Shown here piece after piece: positions 1 through 10,385 of a stretch of DNA of 64,000 bases. Under the pieces are notes generated by a model. That model saw nothing but the letters and a program-made list of their open reading frames with translations. It was not told where the DNA came from and made no database searches. The position numbers and the translations under genes are program-made. Positions within the stretch are counted from its first letter, which is position 1, and every line of letters starts with the position of its first letter. This DNA is from a virus, in IMG/VR virus record IMGVR_UViG_3300025860_000003, positions 69,056-133,055 of that record, one strand, 5' to 3'.

Positions 1-643
1 TAAAGTCGCTAAACACAGCCATTTTCGCTTCTTCTAAGTCGCGCATCGTAGCTTTTTGTATCTTCTTCTGGTATTCCGCAACTTGCGATTCACGGATGAT
101 GCCATTTTCCCAAACCCACTCCTTTCCTTCCATGATGCCTTGTACAAACGCATCTGGAGCGGATGGATCAGCCACAATATCAGCTGCAGTAGCTAAGTAG
201 AAGTCACTCTGCACTTCGCCAACACCGCTTTTAGTTTGCTTAACCGAACCCATTCCCCGAGACGAAACACCTAATTGAGCGCCCTCGTCCATTAATGACT
301 TAACGATAGCACCATAAGGTGTTTCAGTCATAATTTTTGCACGACCCATGAAGTTTGAGCCATCACGCTCTAACTTAGTGATCATATGAGATACACGCTC
401 TAGGTTTATACTTGGACCTTGTGGATGACCAAGCTCACCATAAGCACGATTCTTCTTAACATAAGATTCGTTATATCTATTTATCTCTTTGTCCAAAATC
501 TCTGCAGGATACACTCGACCGTTACGGTTCTGGATATCGCCTTGCAAGAATACGCCCTCGATGAAATACGACTTCTTGCCGTTTTCATCTTTGGCTTCGG
601 TTAGATAATTAATATCTTCATTTACTTCGCATATGAGTTTCAT
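1..643 (-). CDS. gp21: prohead protease (T4 gp21-like), 3' end runs off the window
   Basis: Manual translation from ATG at 643: MKLICEVNEDINYLTEAKDENGKKSYFIEGVFLQGDIQNRNGRVYP...GELGHPQGP...GVSSRGMGS. Lies downstream of the portal and core genes. Missing from the ORF track. Confidence 0.93.
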   Translation of the reverse strand, partial: MKLICEVNEDINYLTEAKDENGKKSYFIEGVFLQGDIQNRNGRVYPAEILDKEINRYNESYVKKNRAYGELGHPQGPSINLERVSHMITKLERDGSNFMGRAKIMTETPYGAIVKSLMDEGAQLGVSSRGMGSVKQTKSGVGEVQSDFYLATAADIVADPSAPDAFVQGIMEGKEWVWENGIIRESQVAEYQKKIQKATMRDLEEAKMAVFSDF

Positions 644-644
644 A

Positions 645-902
645 TTAGTAACCTGCGTTTGCTATAGCTGTGCCGTAGAAAGTTGCGGCACCGCGTAGAC
701 CTTGACCGTCTGCTAAATGGAGAACAATACCTGAGCCAGCACCAACATATACTGTTCCGATGTTAGCGTCATCTGCAGCATTGCGGACAGTGGCGACCGC
801 AGCAGCAGTATGTGTATTGAATACATACACAGCGTGTTGTCCAGTTGTATCGAATTTTGTTGTGTCGGCAGCGAATACTGTTGCTGTACCTAGTACCTTC
901 AT
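645..902 (-). CDS. small hypothetical protein of the head module
   Basis: 85-aa ORF with ATGA overlap to the upstream gene, between prohead core and gp21. Confidence 0.7.
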   Translation of the reverse strand: MKVLGTATVFAADTTKFDTTGQHAVYVFNTHTAAAVATVRNAADDANIGTVYVGAGSGIVLHLADGQGLRGAATFYGTAIANAGY

Positions 903-1510
903 GACTTACCCCCGAATGCGATGTCAACCAACTGAAACATTCCTTCAGGCGATTTCTCTAACATCTTCTCAGCCTTTGCTGAATTTGCAGGGTTTAATTT
1001 ATTTAGCATGTTAACAAGAGCAGATGCAGTAGTCATGTCAATTGTCTCAGACTTACCGTTACCAAACTTAACTTTCTTGGCAGACTTAGTCTTTACAATA
1101 TCGTTTAACTGGTCGACAACTTTGCCTTCAGCAAGGTCTGACACTTCAACAGCTTCTTCGCCTAGTTGTACTAGGAATTTGCCGCCAGAGTCTTTCACAG
1201 CCTTACCTTTATGCTTTTTTGCGAGCTTATCCGCCTTTGATTTATCAAAGAGACCAGCATCAGCGTATCCGTCATCAGACTCGCCAGTACCTTTTTGATT
1301 CAGATACTTTTCTTCAGTAATCTCTGCACGATCGCCATCAAACTGATGATCGCCAGCAACTGGATGTTTTGTTACAGTCATTTTATGTTTTGCTTTAAAA
1401 TCCTGCTCACCCTTGGCGCGTGGCTCCAAAACATCCTTTTCAGTATTGTCATTTGGACGACCGCCAGAAGCAGCTTCGGAAACGAACGATTTAAATCTTT
1501 TGATAGCCAT
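899..1510 (-). CDS. probable prohead core protein (gp68-like position)
   Basis: N-terminus MAIKRFKSFVSEA resembles a T4 capsid-targeting sequence. Has ITEE and LAEG gp21-type cleavage-like sites. Syntenic with portal and protease. Confidence 0.6.
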   Translation of the reverse strand: MAIKRFKSFVSEAASGGRPNDNTEKDVLEPRAKGEQDFKAKHKMTVTKHPVAGDHQFDGDRAEITEEKYLNQKGTGESDDGYADAGLFDKSKADKLAKKHKGKAVKDSGGKFLVQLGEEAVEVSDLAEGKVVDQLNDIVKTKSAKKVKFGNGKSETIDMTTASALVNMLNKLNPANSAKAEKMLEKSPEGMFQLVDIAFGGKS

Positions 1511-1519
1511 TATTCTGCC

Positions 1520-1729
1520 TTATTCCTCTGGTTCTTGATCAGCATCTGGTGCTGACATAAAATTTGTAGAGACATCGTGTGTCTTTATCTCTATAGAATC
1601 CTTAATTTTATCCATCAATAAATCATTAACAACGTTCTTAAACGCTGCTACATCACCATTTACCGCAGCATTAATAGCGTCAATCGACGTAACTGCATTT
1701 TCTTCATCACTCATAATATTCTCCAACAT
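1520..1729 (-). CDS. probable prohead core protein (gp67-like)
   Basis: Small acidic ORF immediately after the portal and preceded by a late promoter. Confidence 0.55.
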   Translation of the reverse strand: MLENIMSDEENAVTSIDAINAAVNGDVAAFKNVVNDLLMDKIKDSIEIKTHDVSTNFMSAPDADQEPEE

Positions 1730-1741
1730 ACATATGTATTA

Positions 1742-1749
1742 TATTTATA
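1742..1749 (-). promoter_or_regulatory. T4-type late promoter TATAAATA
   Basis: Exact gp55 consensus, intergenic, upstream of the prohead core genes. Confidence 0.8.
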
Positions 1750-1762
1750 AGAGCAATAATCT

Positions 1763-3259
1763 TTATTCAAGATCATCGCCATCTTCTTCGCCCGCACCCT
1801 CTTCTTGCATCTCACCGTCCATCGTTTCGATGTCTTCTTCAGACTGCATCAATACCGTTTTACGAATCCACGCTTCCGAGAAATACTTACCAGCGTACTG
1901 ATCAACGTCTTGTAATAAAGACAGACGCTCTCTCATAACTTCAGATGTTTTTAGTTCAGAAAAGTGGTTGTCTTCAGCAAAGTTGAACCGCAACTCTTTG
2001 GATATTTCTTTCCACTCATCTTTAGTGATAACACCCTTCAATAAGAGCTGCTTCTCTAAGATGATTAGGAATAGTTCTGAGAATCTACTTCTTAGTCTCT
2101 TAACAAACTTTGAAAATTTCAACTCATCACGATTAATCTCTGATGCTCGACCAAGATTGAACTGTCCGTCAGAGGATAGTCTTGATGAAGGAACATTTAA
2201 TGATTCGTATAGTTTTCTTTTGAAGTATTCAACGTCATCCATCTCGCCGAGGTTTTGACCTCCTGGAAGTGTGGTTATCTCTGTGCCGCTGCTGCCCTCT
2301 CTTCGAGGAAGCCAATAATCTTCAAGCATGGTTAAATGTTTACGAGAATCATTAACCGCACCAGTGTTAGCATCATACACTAACTTATTCTTGTGCTTAA
2401 CCATCATATCACGCAAGTATTGCTCGGCTTTAGCCTTTGGCAAATTACCTACATCTATGTAAAAAATTCTTCGCTCAGGAGCGCGTGCGAGACGATAAAT
2501 TACAGTCGCGTCTTCCAGCATACGAAGTTGGTTTAATGGCTTCACGGCTTTTTGTAGATGACCGAGAACCATGCTGTTCTGTTGATCCATCACACCACTA
2601 TGTACATATGCTATAGAGTCAAGGGATATTTTAACACCTTGATTGCCTGCAGCAACGCCTTTACTGGAGTAGATGAAGTATTCGTTGTATTTCTTTGGAA
2701 GAGCTTGTTTGTTCTGTATTCCAGCATTAGCGCCAGAGTCACGTTTTTCTGACCGCACTTTTTTGATCTTTCGCGGATCAATATACCTTAGCTCTTGTAT
2801 GCCTGCCGAAATATTGGCAGTGTCGATCATAATATGGTAGTATAGACGACCGTCTACATACCAATTTCTGAAGATGTCATAACCTTTTGTGTCAAAGTCT
2901 AATAGACTCAACACTTCGTCAAACTCTTCTCGAATTCTTTTCTTTATCGCGTCAGCGTGTTTAATCTCATCAACAACAACTTCCACCGCCGACTTGTTAT
3001 CTTCAAACACAACAGCTTCGTTGATAATATCATCTACAGCCTTATCGCATTCACCTTGTTGCGACATATCTCTATATCGCGTGATCAGTGCGGTCTCGGA
3101 CTTTGCCGAACCCTCTAAATCAACTGTGGTGCCGAAAGCCCCGCCAGCATTTACATCCAAAGCCCCATCACTGTTAGGTGGTGGTGCGAATGACTGCACT
3201 GTGGGTGGAGTTTCTTCTTCTTTGCGTCCGATCTGGAAGCCGAAAAGTTCTAATGCCAT
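1763..3259 (-). CDS. gp20: portal vertex protein
   Basis: WYVDGRLYYH, ELRYIDPRKIKKVR, IYRLARAPERRIFYIDVGNLPK and EDYWLPRREG motifs. Confidence 0.98.
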   Translation of the reverse strand: MALELFGFQIGRKEEETPPTVQSFAPPPNSDGALDVNAGGAFGTTVDLEGSAKSETALITRYRDMSQQGECDKAVDDIINEAVVFEDNKSAVEVVVDEIKHADAIKKRIREEFDEVLSLLDFDTKGYDIFRNWYVDGRLYYHIMIDTANISAGIQELRYIDPRKIKKVRSEKRDSGANAGIQNKQALPKKYNEYFIYSSKGVAAGNQGVKISLDSIAYVHSGVMDQQNSMVLGHLQKAVKPLNQLRMLEDATVIYRLARAPERRIFYIDVGNLPKAKAEQYLRDMMVKHKNKLVYDANTGAVNDSRKHLTMLEDYWLPRREGSSGTEITTLPGGQNLGEMDDVEYFKRKLYESLNVPSSRLSSDGQFNLGRASEINRDELKFSKFVKRLRSRFSELFLIILEKQLLLKGVITKDEWKEISKELRFNFAEDNHFSELKTSEVMRERLSLLQDVDQYAGKYFSEAWIRKTVLMQSEEDIETMDGEMQEEGAGEEDGDDLE

Positions 3260-3284
3260 CTTGATAGTATCCTCATTATTAATA

Positions 3285-3314
3285 GGGGCAACACATAGTA
3301 TTTATGCGTGCCCC
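3285..3314 (-). terminator. GC-rich hairpin after gp19 containing a variant late promoter (CATAAATA, 3299-3306)
   Basis: Minus-strand GGGGCA-CGCAUA-AAUAC-UAUGUG-U-UGCCCC followed by UAUU. Confidence 0.5.
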
Positions 3315-3331
3315 CAGATCACTTTTTAGGA

Positions 3332-3880
3332 CTAGATGCCGCCAGCATTGCCAGTAGAGCCGCCCGCAACTTCCCAATAATCATACTGGAATGTTACGCC
3401 ATACTCTTGGATGCCTTCGTTATCCCACGCCAAGTCGATAGCACCGACTTCTGAAGGATACAAGCCAACAAAGTTGTAAACACGGAGTATTGCGCCGTCT
3501 TTACCGAACTGTGTTACTTGAGCATTAGACTTATACAAGCTAGGAGCAGTACCGCCAGCAGTATTCAAGTTACCCTGAGCACTGTTGATAGAGTGTGACC
3601 ACTGTTCCATAGCATTACGGATGCCAAAGTCTTCGTCATTGATAATAGTTGGTGCCCATTCAGCATAAGTGCGGTTTCCAGCCAACTTGATTTGGCGACC
3701 GAAGTATGGAACTTCAACCGTACCAAGTGTAGAGGCAGGAATTTGCGCAGCTTTCACCATGAATGAAACTTGTTGATCAGCAACACCATTGATTGGATTT
3801 GTAATCTGGACTTGGAAAAGCGATGACCGAGCACCGCCCCCCTTTAAAGCACCAGAGAAATCATTTACGTTAAACGCCAT
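3332..3880 (-). CDS. gp19: tail tube protein
   Basis: GGARSSLFQV, VPYFGRQIKLAGNRTYAEW, NDEDFGIRNAMEQW and VTFQYDYWE motifs. Confidence 0.97.
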   Translation of the reverse strand: MAFNVNDFSGALKGGGARSSLFQVQITNPINGVADQQVSFMVKAAQIPASTLGTVEVPYFGRQIKLAGNRTYAEWAPTIINDEDFGIRNAMEQWSHSINSAQGNLNTAGGTAPSLYKSNAQVTQFGKDGAILRVYNFVGLYPSEVGAIDLAWDNEGIQEYGVTFQYDYWEVAGGSTGNAGGI

Positions 3881-3907
3881 TTTTAAATCTCCCGATAATC
3901 TTTATAT

Positions 3908-5812
3908 TTATGCGCGACCAACAATCTCAGAGAACTCAACACCGCTGCGTACTGCAACAAAGTTCAACTGAATAAAGTTGATTGATCGGGCTGGTTTAAT
4001 GTAGATATCACCAATGAATTCATTGCGGTCTACAACTTCGCCAGTATTATTTGTTCCGTCACATACAACAACGAAATCAGTAATACCACGACGACCTTGA
4101 ACATCACGTAAGAAAGGTTCTACCAAGTTTCTGAACTGGCTTCGAGTGAAATCATCATTGAATTCAAACAAAGTGAATTTAGAAGCAGTAGAGATAGCCT
4201 TTTCTAAAACGATAAACAGGCGACGAACATTGATACGATCAAACGCAGATGGCTTAGACAATAACGTCTTATCACCGAACAGTACAGTACCCTGTCCAGG
4301 AAATGTAGTTACTGGGTTGATGCCTTTCTTGTAAAGGGCATCACGATCGCCTTTGCTTGGGTTATAAGCAAGTTTGATAACGTTCTTAACGTTGCCACGG
4401 TTGAAGCCAGCAGGTGAGAACCATGGATCACGAACCAAGTCCGTTTGAACCATAAGTCCAGCAGTGTCAGCATTCAATGGAACATAGCGATAAACATCAT
4501 TGTACTTATCGTACTGATATTTCCAGCCAGAATCCATAACGGCATATGAAGATGATGGCAAACCATTACGGAATGCGATAACGTCTTCAGTTTCTTTGCC
4601 AGCATAGCTATTGTTATTAACAACATCAGCACGCTCTGGAGACAATACAACGATACAATCTTTACGAGACTCAGCAATATTGCTGATCAAGTGTGTCGCT
4701 AGTGTAGTGTCAGCACTGCCGCCGAGTAGGAAAGAAACATCAACATCTTCAGCAGACTTAAATAAGTCATAGCCGTTGATTTTGTTTGCTTCAGTCAAGT
4801 CGCCGCCGCCAGTACCACCAGCAAGATCCACGTTAGTTACAATAACGGTTTCAGTGGCGAAGTTAGTAGACTTCGCAGCACCAGAACCGTTATATGCTGC
4901 GCCACCGATGCTGAGATAAGCAGACTGCTGGTTGATAACATTTAACCAGTAGTTGCCAGCACCTTGTTCAGTCTTAGCATCAACAGCAAGCGAAACGCTC
5001 GAATATGTTTCTAGAACTGATCCAGCAACGCCAGTAAATGCGCCTTCAGCGTCAATTACAACAACGTGTACTTCATCGTCTTGACCACCAGATGCAAGAG
5101 CATCAGCAGTTGTAACAGGAGCATCGTCAAACAGACCGTAGTATTCCCACTTACGATTCAATGACTTCTCAGTAGCACCAACTGCAATTGTAGGAGCATC
5201 ATATGGCTTGTTCAGAGTGATTACAGTATCAGAACCAGACGCAGCGAATGATTTTACTGTGCGAGTCAATTCAGTGTTATTTGGACCAATAACGATTGTA
5301 TCACCGACTTGTAAAACGTCACTAATGTCATCATCACCAGTAACAAGGATTGTACTAGCACCACGTGTTGCGCTGTAAGTTACATTAGTGTTTGATTCCC
5401 ATGCTCTTGCTCCAGCACAGACAGATACTTTGATCGAATTACCCAATTCACCAGCATACTTAGCATAAAATGTTTCAGCAGCAGGGATTGTTGAGTCTTC
5501 GTTTTTAATTAGTGCGGCGTTACCAGCTGTTCCAGCAGCATTTTTGGCATCTGTATGAACAACACGAACTACGTTCAGTGCGTTTCCATATGCTAAAAAG
5601 TTGGCTGCGGTGAAAAAATCTGTCGCATTGTTTGAGTTTGGTTTTTGGAATATGCTTACGAGACGATCTTCGCTGTCGACCAGAACACGCTGATCAGCTG
5701 GACCCCAACGAAATGCACCAGCAATCGCACCTTCAGTGGTGGATACAGCAGGGACAACCGTTGTAAGATCAATCTCACTTACATTAACTCCAGGACTTAC
5801 TTGGAATGGCAT
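3908..5812 (-). CDS. gp18: tail sheath protein
   Basis: MPFQVSPGVNVSEIDLT, WFSPAGFNRG, FDRINVRRLF and IKPARSINFIQLNF motifs. Confidence 0.98.
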   Translation of the reverse strand: MPFQVSPGVNVSEIDLTTVVPAVSTTEGAIAGAFRWGPADQRVLVDSEDRLVSIFQKPNSNNATDFFTAANFLAYGNALNVVRVVHTDAKNAAGTAGNAALIKNEDSTIPAAETFYAKYAGELGNSIKVSVCAGARAWESNTNVTYSATRGASTILVTGDDDISDVLQVGDTIVIGPNNTELTRTVKSFAASGSDTVITLNKPYDAPTIAVGATEKSLNRKWEYYGLFDDAPVTTADALASGGQDDEVHVVVIDAEGAFTGVAGSVLETYSSVSLAVDAKTEQGAGNYWLNVINQQSAYLSIGGAAYNGSGAAKSTNFATETVIVTNVDLAGGTGGGDLTEANKINGYDLFKSAEDVDVSFLLGGSADTTLATHLISNIAESRKDCIVVLSPERADVVNNNSYAGKETEDVIAFRNGLPSSSYAVMDSGWKYQYDKYNDVYRYVPLNADTAGLMVQTDLVRDPWFSPAGFNRGNVKNVIKLAYNPSKGDRDALYKKGINPVTTFPGQGTVLFGDKTLLSKPSAFDRINVRRLFIVLEKAISTASKFTLFEFNDDFTRSQFRNLVEPFLRDVQGRRGITDFVVVCDGTNNTGEVVDRNEFIGDIYIKPARSINFIQLNFVAVRSGVEFSEIVGRA

Positions 5813-5857
5813 TGTTATTCTCCTTTGAAGAGTTTTAATTTTTCAATTCAGACTTGA

Positions 5858-5865
5858 TATTTATA
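5858..5865 (-). promoter_or_regulatory. late promoter TATAAATA
   Basis: Exact consensus upstream of gp18. Confidence 0.8.
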
Positions 5866-5877
5866 AAAACTCAAAGT

Positions 5878-7518
5878 TTAGTAATTATTGAAGTTCCCGT
5901 GTGTGACATAACTATCTATGTCGAACGCTTCTGATTGCGGGTGGACTACAACGTTTTCATCGGGCATGCCATCATCGTGAAATCCGAACGGCAGCATACT
6001 CTCCATCATCTCTTTATTAGACTTTTCTCTCAGCTGCATTACAGTACTGATGTCTGTCATATCTTTAAAATATGCTTGATCGCTTAACCAAGCAAATAAA
6101 ACGAGACACATAACAAGATCGTCATGCGCCCCTGATTCAGCTTCATACGAGTTTCTCTTTCTCGAAAAAGTTGACAATTCTTTTATGGTTTGGAAGTCAT
6201 TGAGTATCAGTTGTTCTTGTTCGATCAACAACTTCAGGATTGAACAACCTACAGCCTTAACGCTCTTTGTTGTCCGTATACCCTTGTCACAACGCTTACC
6301 AAAACCAGTAGAAATTCTTTTACCAGAGCGTCCTGCGCTTTCGGTGTATAGAATGTTCTCATACTCATACTCATAATGTACCAATTCAGCAACCTGTTCT
6401 CCAATGTCGTTTATTTCGACAAGAACGGTTGCTTCATTATATCTTTTACCAGTTCTATATATTACTTCTGCATATTCAGCAGGAGTGATAAAGTTATCTC
6501 TATACACACAGACCTGCTCGTATGGCATTTTTGTGATGTCTATTATCTGGAACGCAGAGTAATCAAGTCCCTTTCCTCTAGATACATCAACGATACATGC
6601 GTATTGATGTTCTGGTTCAGGCTTCTTATACATTGAGATACCGCTTCCCTCAATGATAGGCTCTTGGTGCACCAACGTCTTTAGCTTACTTCCCTCAATT
6701 AATGTCCCCGAACTCCCCAGAAACTGACATTCATATTCTTGAGCAAACTTCTCCTGATCATAATCCATAGCCTGCAACGTTTCTTCTTTCCACGCAGCGT
6801 CACGTCCAGGAACATCATCCCAATTAACTTTAACAAACTGATACCCATTTGTGCCTTTACTCGCACCCTCACAGGTCTTGTAAAAATGGTTCAATCCATT
6901 TGGTGTAGATGTCAATAGTATCTTGGTCGTATTACCTGATGATATTGTTGGAAACACTGAAGCAAAGAACTCATCCCAGTTCTCTACGAATGCAGTCTCA
7001 TCAATATACAAGAATGATACAGACTTACCACGAATAGCGGATGAGGATGTCGCCGCAGCAATGATCTTACAACCATTCTCAAAAGTAACCGAACCCTTGT
7101 TCCACTCAACAACACCCTGTTGCATCCATTGCGGTAATGCTTCATATGCTATCTTGATTCGATCTAGAATCTCACGAGCAGCGTCACCTTTGTTTGCTAA
7201 TAATGCAACAGTCTTATGTTCGTTGAATAGTATGAACTGTAAGATAACCGCAACCGCAGTTGTTGTCTTACCAGCCTGTCGTGATGTTACTACAGCCGCT
7301 CTACGATTATTGGTTATCTTGTCAATAATCTCGCGCTGATAATCATACAGGCGCATTGGTATTAAGCCGTGATCTACATGAACAATCTGTATGTAGTTCT
7401 CAGCAAAATAGATCGGATCTCTAGCGCATTTCACATATTCTGCGACTTGCTCTTGAGTCCAATTGATTTGAACGCCCTTCTTTTTTAGAAGAGCATTGCC
7501 ATTATATGTATCAGCCAA
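5878..7518 (-). CDS. gp17: terminase large subunit
   Basis: Walker A SRQAGKTT, YIDETAF, TSTPNGLNHFY, nuclease DVSRGKGLDYS and HDDLVM motifs. TTG start. Confidence 0.98.
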   Translation of the reverse strand: MADTYNGNALLKKKGVQINWTQEQVAEYVKCARDPIYFAENYIQIVHVDHGLIPMRLYDYQREIIDKITNNRRAAVVTSRQAGKTTTAVAVILQFILFNEHKTVALLANKGDAAREILDRIKIAYEALPQWMQQGVVEWNKGSVTFENGCKIIAAATSSSAIRGKSVSFLYIDETAFVENWDEFFASVFPTISSGNTTKILLTSTPNGLNHFYKTCEGASKGTNGYQFVKVNWDDVPGRDAAWKEETLQAMDYDQEKFAQEYECQFLGSSGTLIEGSKLKTLVHQEPIIEGSGISMYKKPEPEHQYACIVDVSRGKGLDYSAFQIIDITKMPYEQVCVYRDNFITPAEYAEVIYRTGKRYNEATVLVEINDIGEQVAELVHYEYEYENILYTESAGRSGKRISTGFGKRCDKGIRTTKSVKAVGCSILKLLIEQEQLILNDFQTIKELSTFSRKRNSYEAESGAHDDLVMCLVLFAWLSDQAYFKDMTDISTVMQLREKSNKEMMESMLPFGFHDDGMPDENVVVHPQSEAFDIDSYVTHGNFNNY

Positions 7519-7553
7519 TTACGTCAACAACTCGAATAATCTTACATCTATAT

Positions 7554-7991
7554 TCATACATTTTTATCATCACCATTAATTAGTTTTTGGAGATCCGCAG
7601 TGCTGCCGACATACAATGTGTTGTTGGTCACGCCAGCTGAGGGGTCTTTTGTTTCTTCTTCACGTAAAATTTTGACTTTCTTCTGTATATCGAGCAAGTC
7701 TTTATTCGCCTCAACTAAGGTCTTCGTTAGCTGAGAGACCACCTCGAACGCCCGAGGATGCTCACTCGCCTTCGCAAGCTCTAATAGGTTATCTAAGGCA
7801 AAGGTTCCTTTCTCTATAACATCATAGAGATTATCTCTTGCATAATGGTAGTCTTCGGAGATGTCATCTGGGAGAGACTTAGCCTTTTCTTCAAAGTTGG
7901 CTCTCCTTAATGAGTGGGTGGGCGCATCATCTACTAGCTCTGATTCTACGTCAAATATCTCATTCAAATTATCTGTAACATTATTTTTCAT
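7554..7991 (-). CDS. gp16: terminase small subunit
   Basis: DYHYARDNL, SEHPRAFEV and VGSTADLQK motifs. Adjacent to gp17. Confidence 0.93.
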   Translation of the reverse strand: MKNNVTDNLNEIFDVESELVDDAPTHSLRRANFEEKAKSLPDDISEDYHYARDNLYDVIEKGTFALDNLLELAKASEHPRAFEVVSQLTKTLVEANKDLLDIQKKVKILREEETKDPSAGVTNNTLYVGSTADLQKLINGDDKNV

Positions 7992-8005
7992 ATCAATTAT
8001 CTTTT

Positions 8006-8830
8006 TTAACTACTGAAAAAATCTTCTTTATCAAACGCAAACCCAAAGTTGTTGTCTGAAGTTATTGTAGATGTCGCAACACTAGCAGAGGAGTTTGCTG
8101 TCGGAGTGCCGTCAGGCAGTAATCCAGGAGTCAATGTCGTTCTGCTCTGAGGATCTACAGCTGGGTTTGGAACAAACGTTTCAGAGGGTATTCCAATGTC
8201 AACGATTGATCTCTTAATAACACCCTTAGTGTTTACTGGACCGAAAATATAACCCTTGACTGTGAAGTTAAAAGAGTATATAATAGCTCTGCGTGTTTGA
8301 TAATCTGCTTCATATGAGTCTTCTATTGACATGCCTTGTAGTACAGTTGGTATGTCATAATAGTGTCCTGTCTCTGGAACCAACTTAACACTATGTGTGA
8401 ACTCAGGTCTGAAGTAAGGAAGTATCTGCTCAACTACTTGTACAGCATCTTCGTTATTCGCAAACATCCCATATAACGTTATATTTATATCATACGGAAC
8501 AGGTGTGAATTGTGATGACATCGCCTGATTGTTTGTTCCAACACTAGTGTTTCTCTGTAGCTTATTCAGCCCACGATTAGCACTGTATGACATATCAGTT
8601 ATCTCAAACGAAAGTCTAGGAAGTTGTGTTGCCACTTTCCTATCTAAGTTTGGATCTTGATTCAGCCTTGCTAGAAACTTTTCTTTTGGACCATATGCAA
8701 TAGGAACGCGAATTGCTTGTGTAGCATTTCCATCGTTATCTTTACGCACAATATCAATATCATTAAACATTCTTCCGAACATAATGATGTATTTTCGTAG
8801 TGCGCCGTGATCGTAGTGTGATCCGAACAT
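8006..8830 (-). CDS. gp15: tail sheath stabilizer / tail terminator
   Basis: VPIAYGPKEKFL, LPRLSFE and QVVEQILPYF motifs. Confidence 0.93.
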   Translation of the reverse strand: MFGSHYDHGALRKYIIMFGRMFNDIDIVRKDNDGNATQAIRVPIAYGPKEKFLARLNQDPNLDRKVATQLPRLSFEITDMSYSANRGLNKLQRNTSVGTNNQAMSSQFTPVPYDINITLYGMFANNEDAVQVVEQILPYFRPEFTHSVKLVPETGHYYDIPTVLQGMSIEDSYEADYQTRRAIIYSFNFTVKGYIFGPVNTKGVIKRSIVDIGIPSETFVPNPAVDPQSRTTLTPGLLPDGTPTANSSASVATSTITSDNNFGFAFDKEDFFSS

Positions 8831-9588
8831 TACCAGCTACCCCCTTCACTAAATGGATTCATTTCGCTGAAGTCAAGGAAGTCGTCAGATTCTGTGTTGA
8901 AGAGATCATTGGTGGCAGCTTTGTCAGTATTCTCGATAGCATAACTCTCATCGACAATACTCTCACCAGACTCAAGAACAAGATTGTCTCCGTCCTCAGC
9001 AAGTATCTGGGTATCCATCATATCACCAGAGTATGCGTCTTCAATACCGTCAATCGCAGGAATGCCAGTGTTAAGTCTCTCGTGGCTGTATTCGAAGAGT
9101 TCACAACGCAAGTCGTATGTTTGCAGAGAACCCATCTGATAGAATACAGACTCATGCTCAACAAACTTCACTTCAAATATCTTATTATTCAGAGGGAAGT
9201 ATATTAGATCTCCTTCTGATGGTCTGCCGATAGTGTTTGTTGTATTCTCAAGCGGTATCTCTTCATCGAAACGTTTGCGCGCAACAGTAAGAACCATCTC
9301 ATCGCGGATCTCGATATTGAACTTTGAGAGGAAATCACCCTCGCCTTCAAACCCATCAACAGACTTGATATACATCTCAACAATATGTGCGTTGGTCACA
9401 TCACTGCCATTTACTGTATTAAATTTAGACAGTATGTCTTCGCCAAATAACTTATCTTCGGCAATAAGTTTTCTTGGCATGTAGTAACAGTCAATTCCAT
9501 AGATCTTTATTGATTCAATGATCAAATTCTCTATTAGATTTTGTTCGCCACTAAAATCTTGATTGTTGAAATATAAGTTTGTCGCCAT
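8830..9588 (-). CDS. gp14: neck protein
   Basis: ESIKIYG, GDFLSKF, RPSEGDLIYFP and DFSEMNPF motifs. Confidence 0.95.
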   Translation of the reverse strand: MATNLYFNNQDFSGEQNLIENLIIESIKIYGIDCYYMPRKLIAEDKLFGEDILSKFNTVNGSDVTNAHIVEMYIKSVDGFEGEGDFLSKFNIEIRDEMVLTVARKRFDEEIPLENTTNTIGRPSEGDLIYFPLNNKIFEVKFVEHESVFYQMGSLQTYDLRCELFEYSHERLNTGIPAIDGIEDAYSGDMMDTQILAEDGDNLVLESGESIVDESYAIENTDKAATNDLFNTESDDFLDFSEMNPFSEGGSW

Positions 9589-9592
9589 AATG

Positions 9593-10333
9593 TTAGCCTA
9601 TCATGTCCATTGCTGGCATTGAGAATTTCTTCTGAACTTCTTCTTCTAACTTAATTATTTCTTCGTTAGCTTCTTGCCAGATAGTCTGACCGTTGAATGT
9701 TATTCCTCCTGGAAGTTGCATTCCTTCAAACTTCTTCATATTCTCGCCCCACTGTCGCTTAATTAAAGCTGTAGCGTATTGACGCAACCACCAATCACCC
9801 CAAACAGAAGTGTATGTGTCTGGATCCAATATTTTGTAGCACTCGATGATTATATACTCACCGACCGACACTTGTTTCCAGTCCATATCAATCTGCAGTC
9901 TATCAGTATGTCTACTGAACCTGATTGGCTTTTTGCCCACAAATAGTTCTTCAAGCAGAGCAATCCTTTCCATTGAAGAAACATAGTTTTGGACTTTGGC
10001 GTGAGACCAATCATAAACGTCATTCAACGTCATCTGATATCTCATATTGAATATGTTGTTGGTGTTCAGACCATTACCGATAGGGAATATGTTGATAACA
10101 CCCATGATGGTCTGAGGGATAGCAAGATATTCGTTAGATATATCATCTGCTGTCAATTGGTGTTTGAGGAATGTTCTCTCTGTGCCGTCATAATGATAGT
10201 CTTGATAGAATACAAGAGCGTCATCAACGCGATCATCCAGCTGCATTTCATCAACGTTGATCTCTACGACAGGTGCGCCAAGTCTGCGCAAGCAATATTT
10301 TTTGAATTCTGTTCTTGTTGTCGGTGTCGCCAT
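9593..10333 (-). CDS. gp13: neck protein
   Basis: YCLRRLGAPVVEINVD and ALIKRQWGENMKKF..LPGG motifs. Confidence 0.95.
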   Translation of the reverse strand: MATPTTRTEFKKYCLRRLGAPVVEINVDEMQLDDRVDDALVFYQDYHYDGTERTFLKHQLTADDISNEYLAIPQTIMGVINIFPIGNGLNTNNIFNMRYQMTLNDVYDWSHAKVQNYVSSMERIALLEELFVGKKPIRFSRHTDRLQIDMDWKQVSVGEYIIIECYKILDPDTYTSVWGDWWLRQYATALIKRQWGENMKKFEGMQLPGGITFNGQTIWQEANEEIIKLEEEVQKKFSMPAMDMIG

Positions 10334-10367
10334 GTTTAATAGTCTCGAAGTCTAGAATAATCAAGAC

Positions 10368-10375
10368 TATTTATA
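10368..10375 (-). promoter_or_regulatory. late promoter TATAAATA
   Basis: Exact consensus upstream of gp13. Confidence 0.8.
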
Positions 10376-10385
10376 AGAAACGGAA

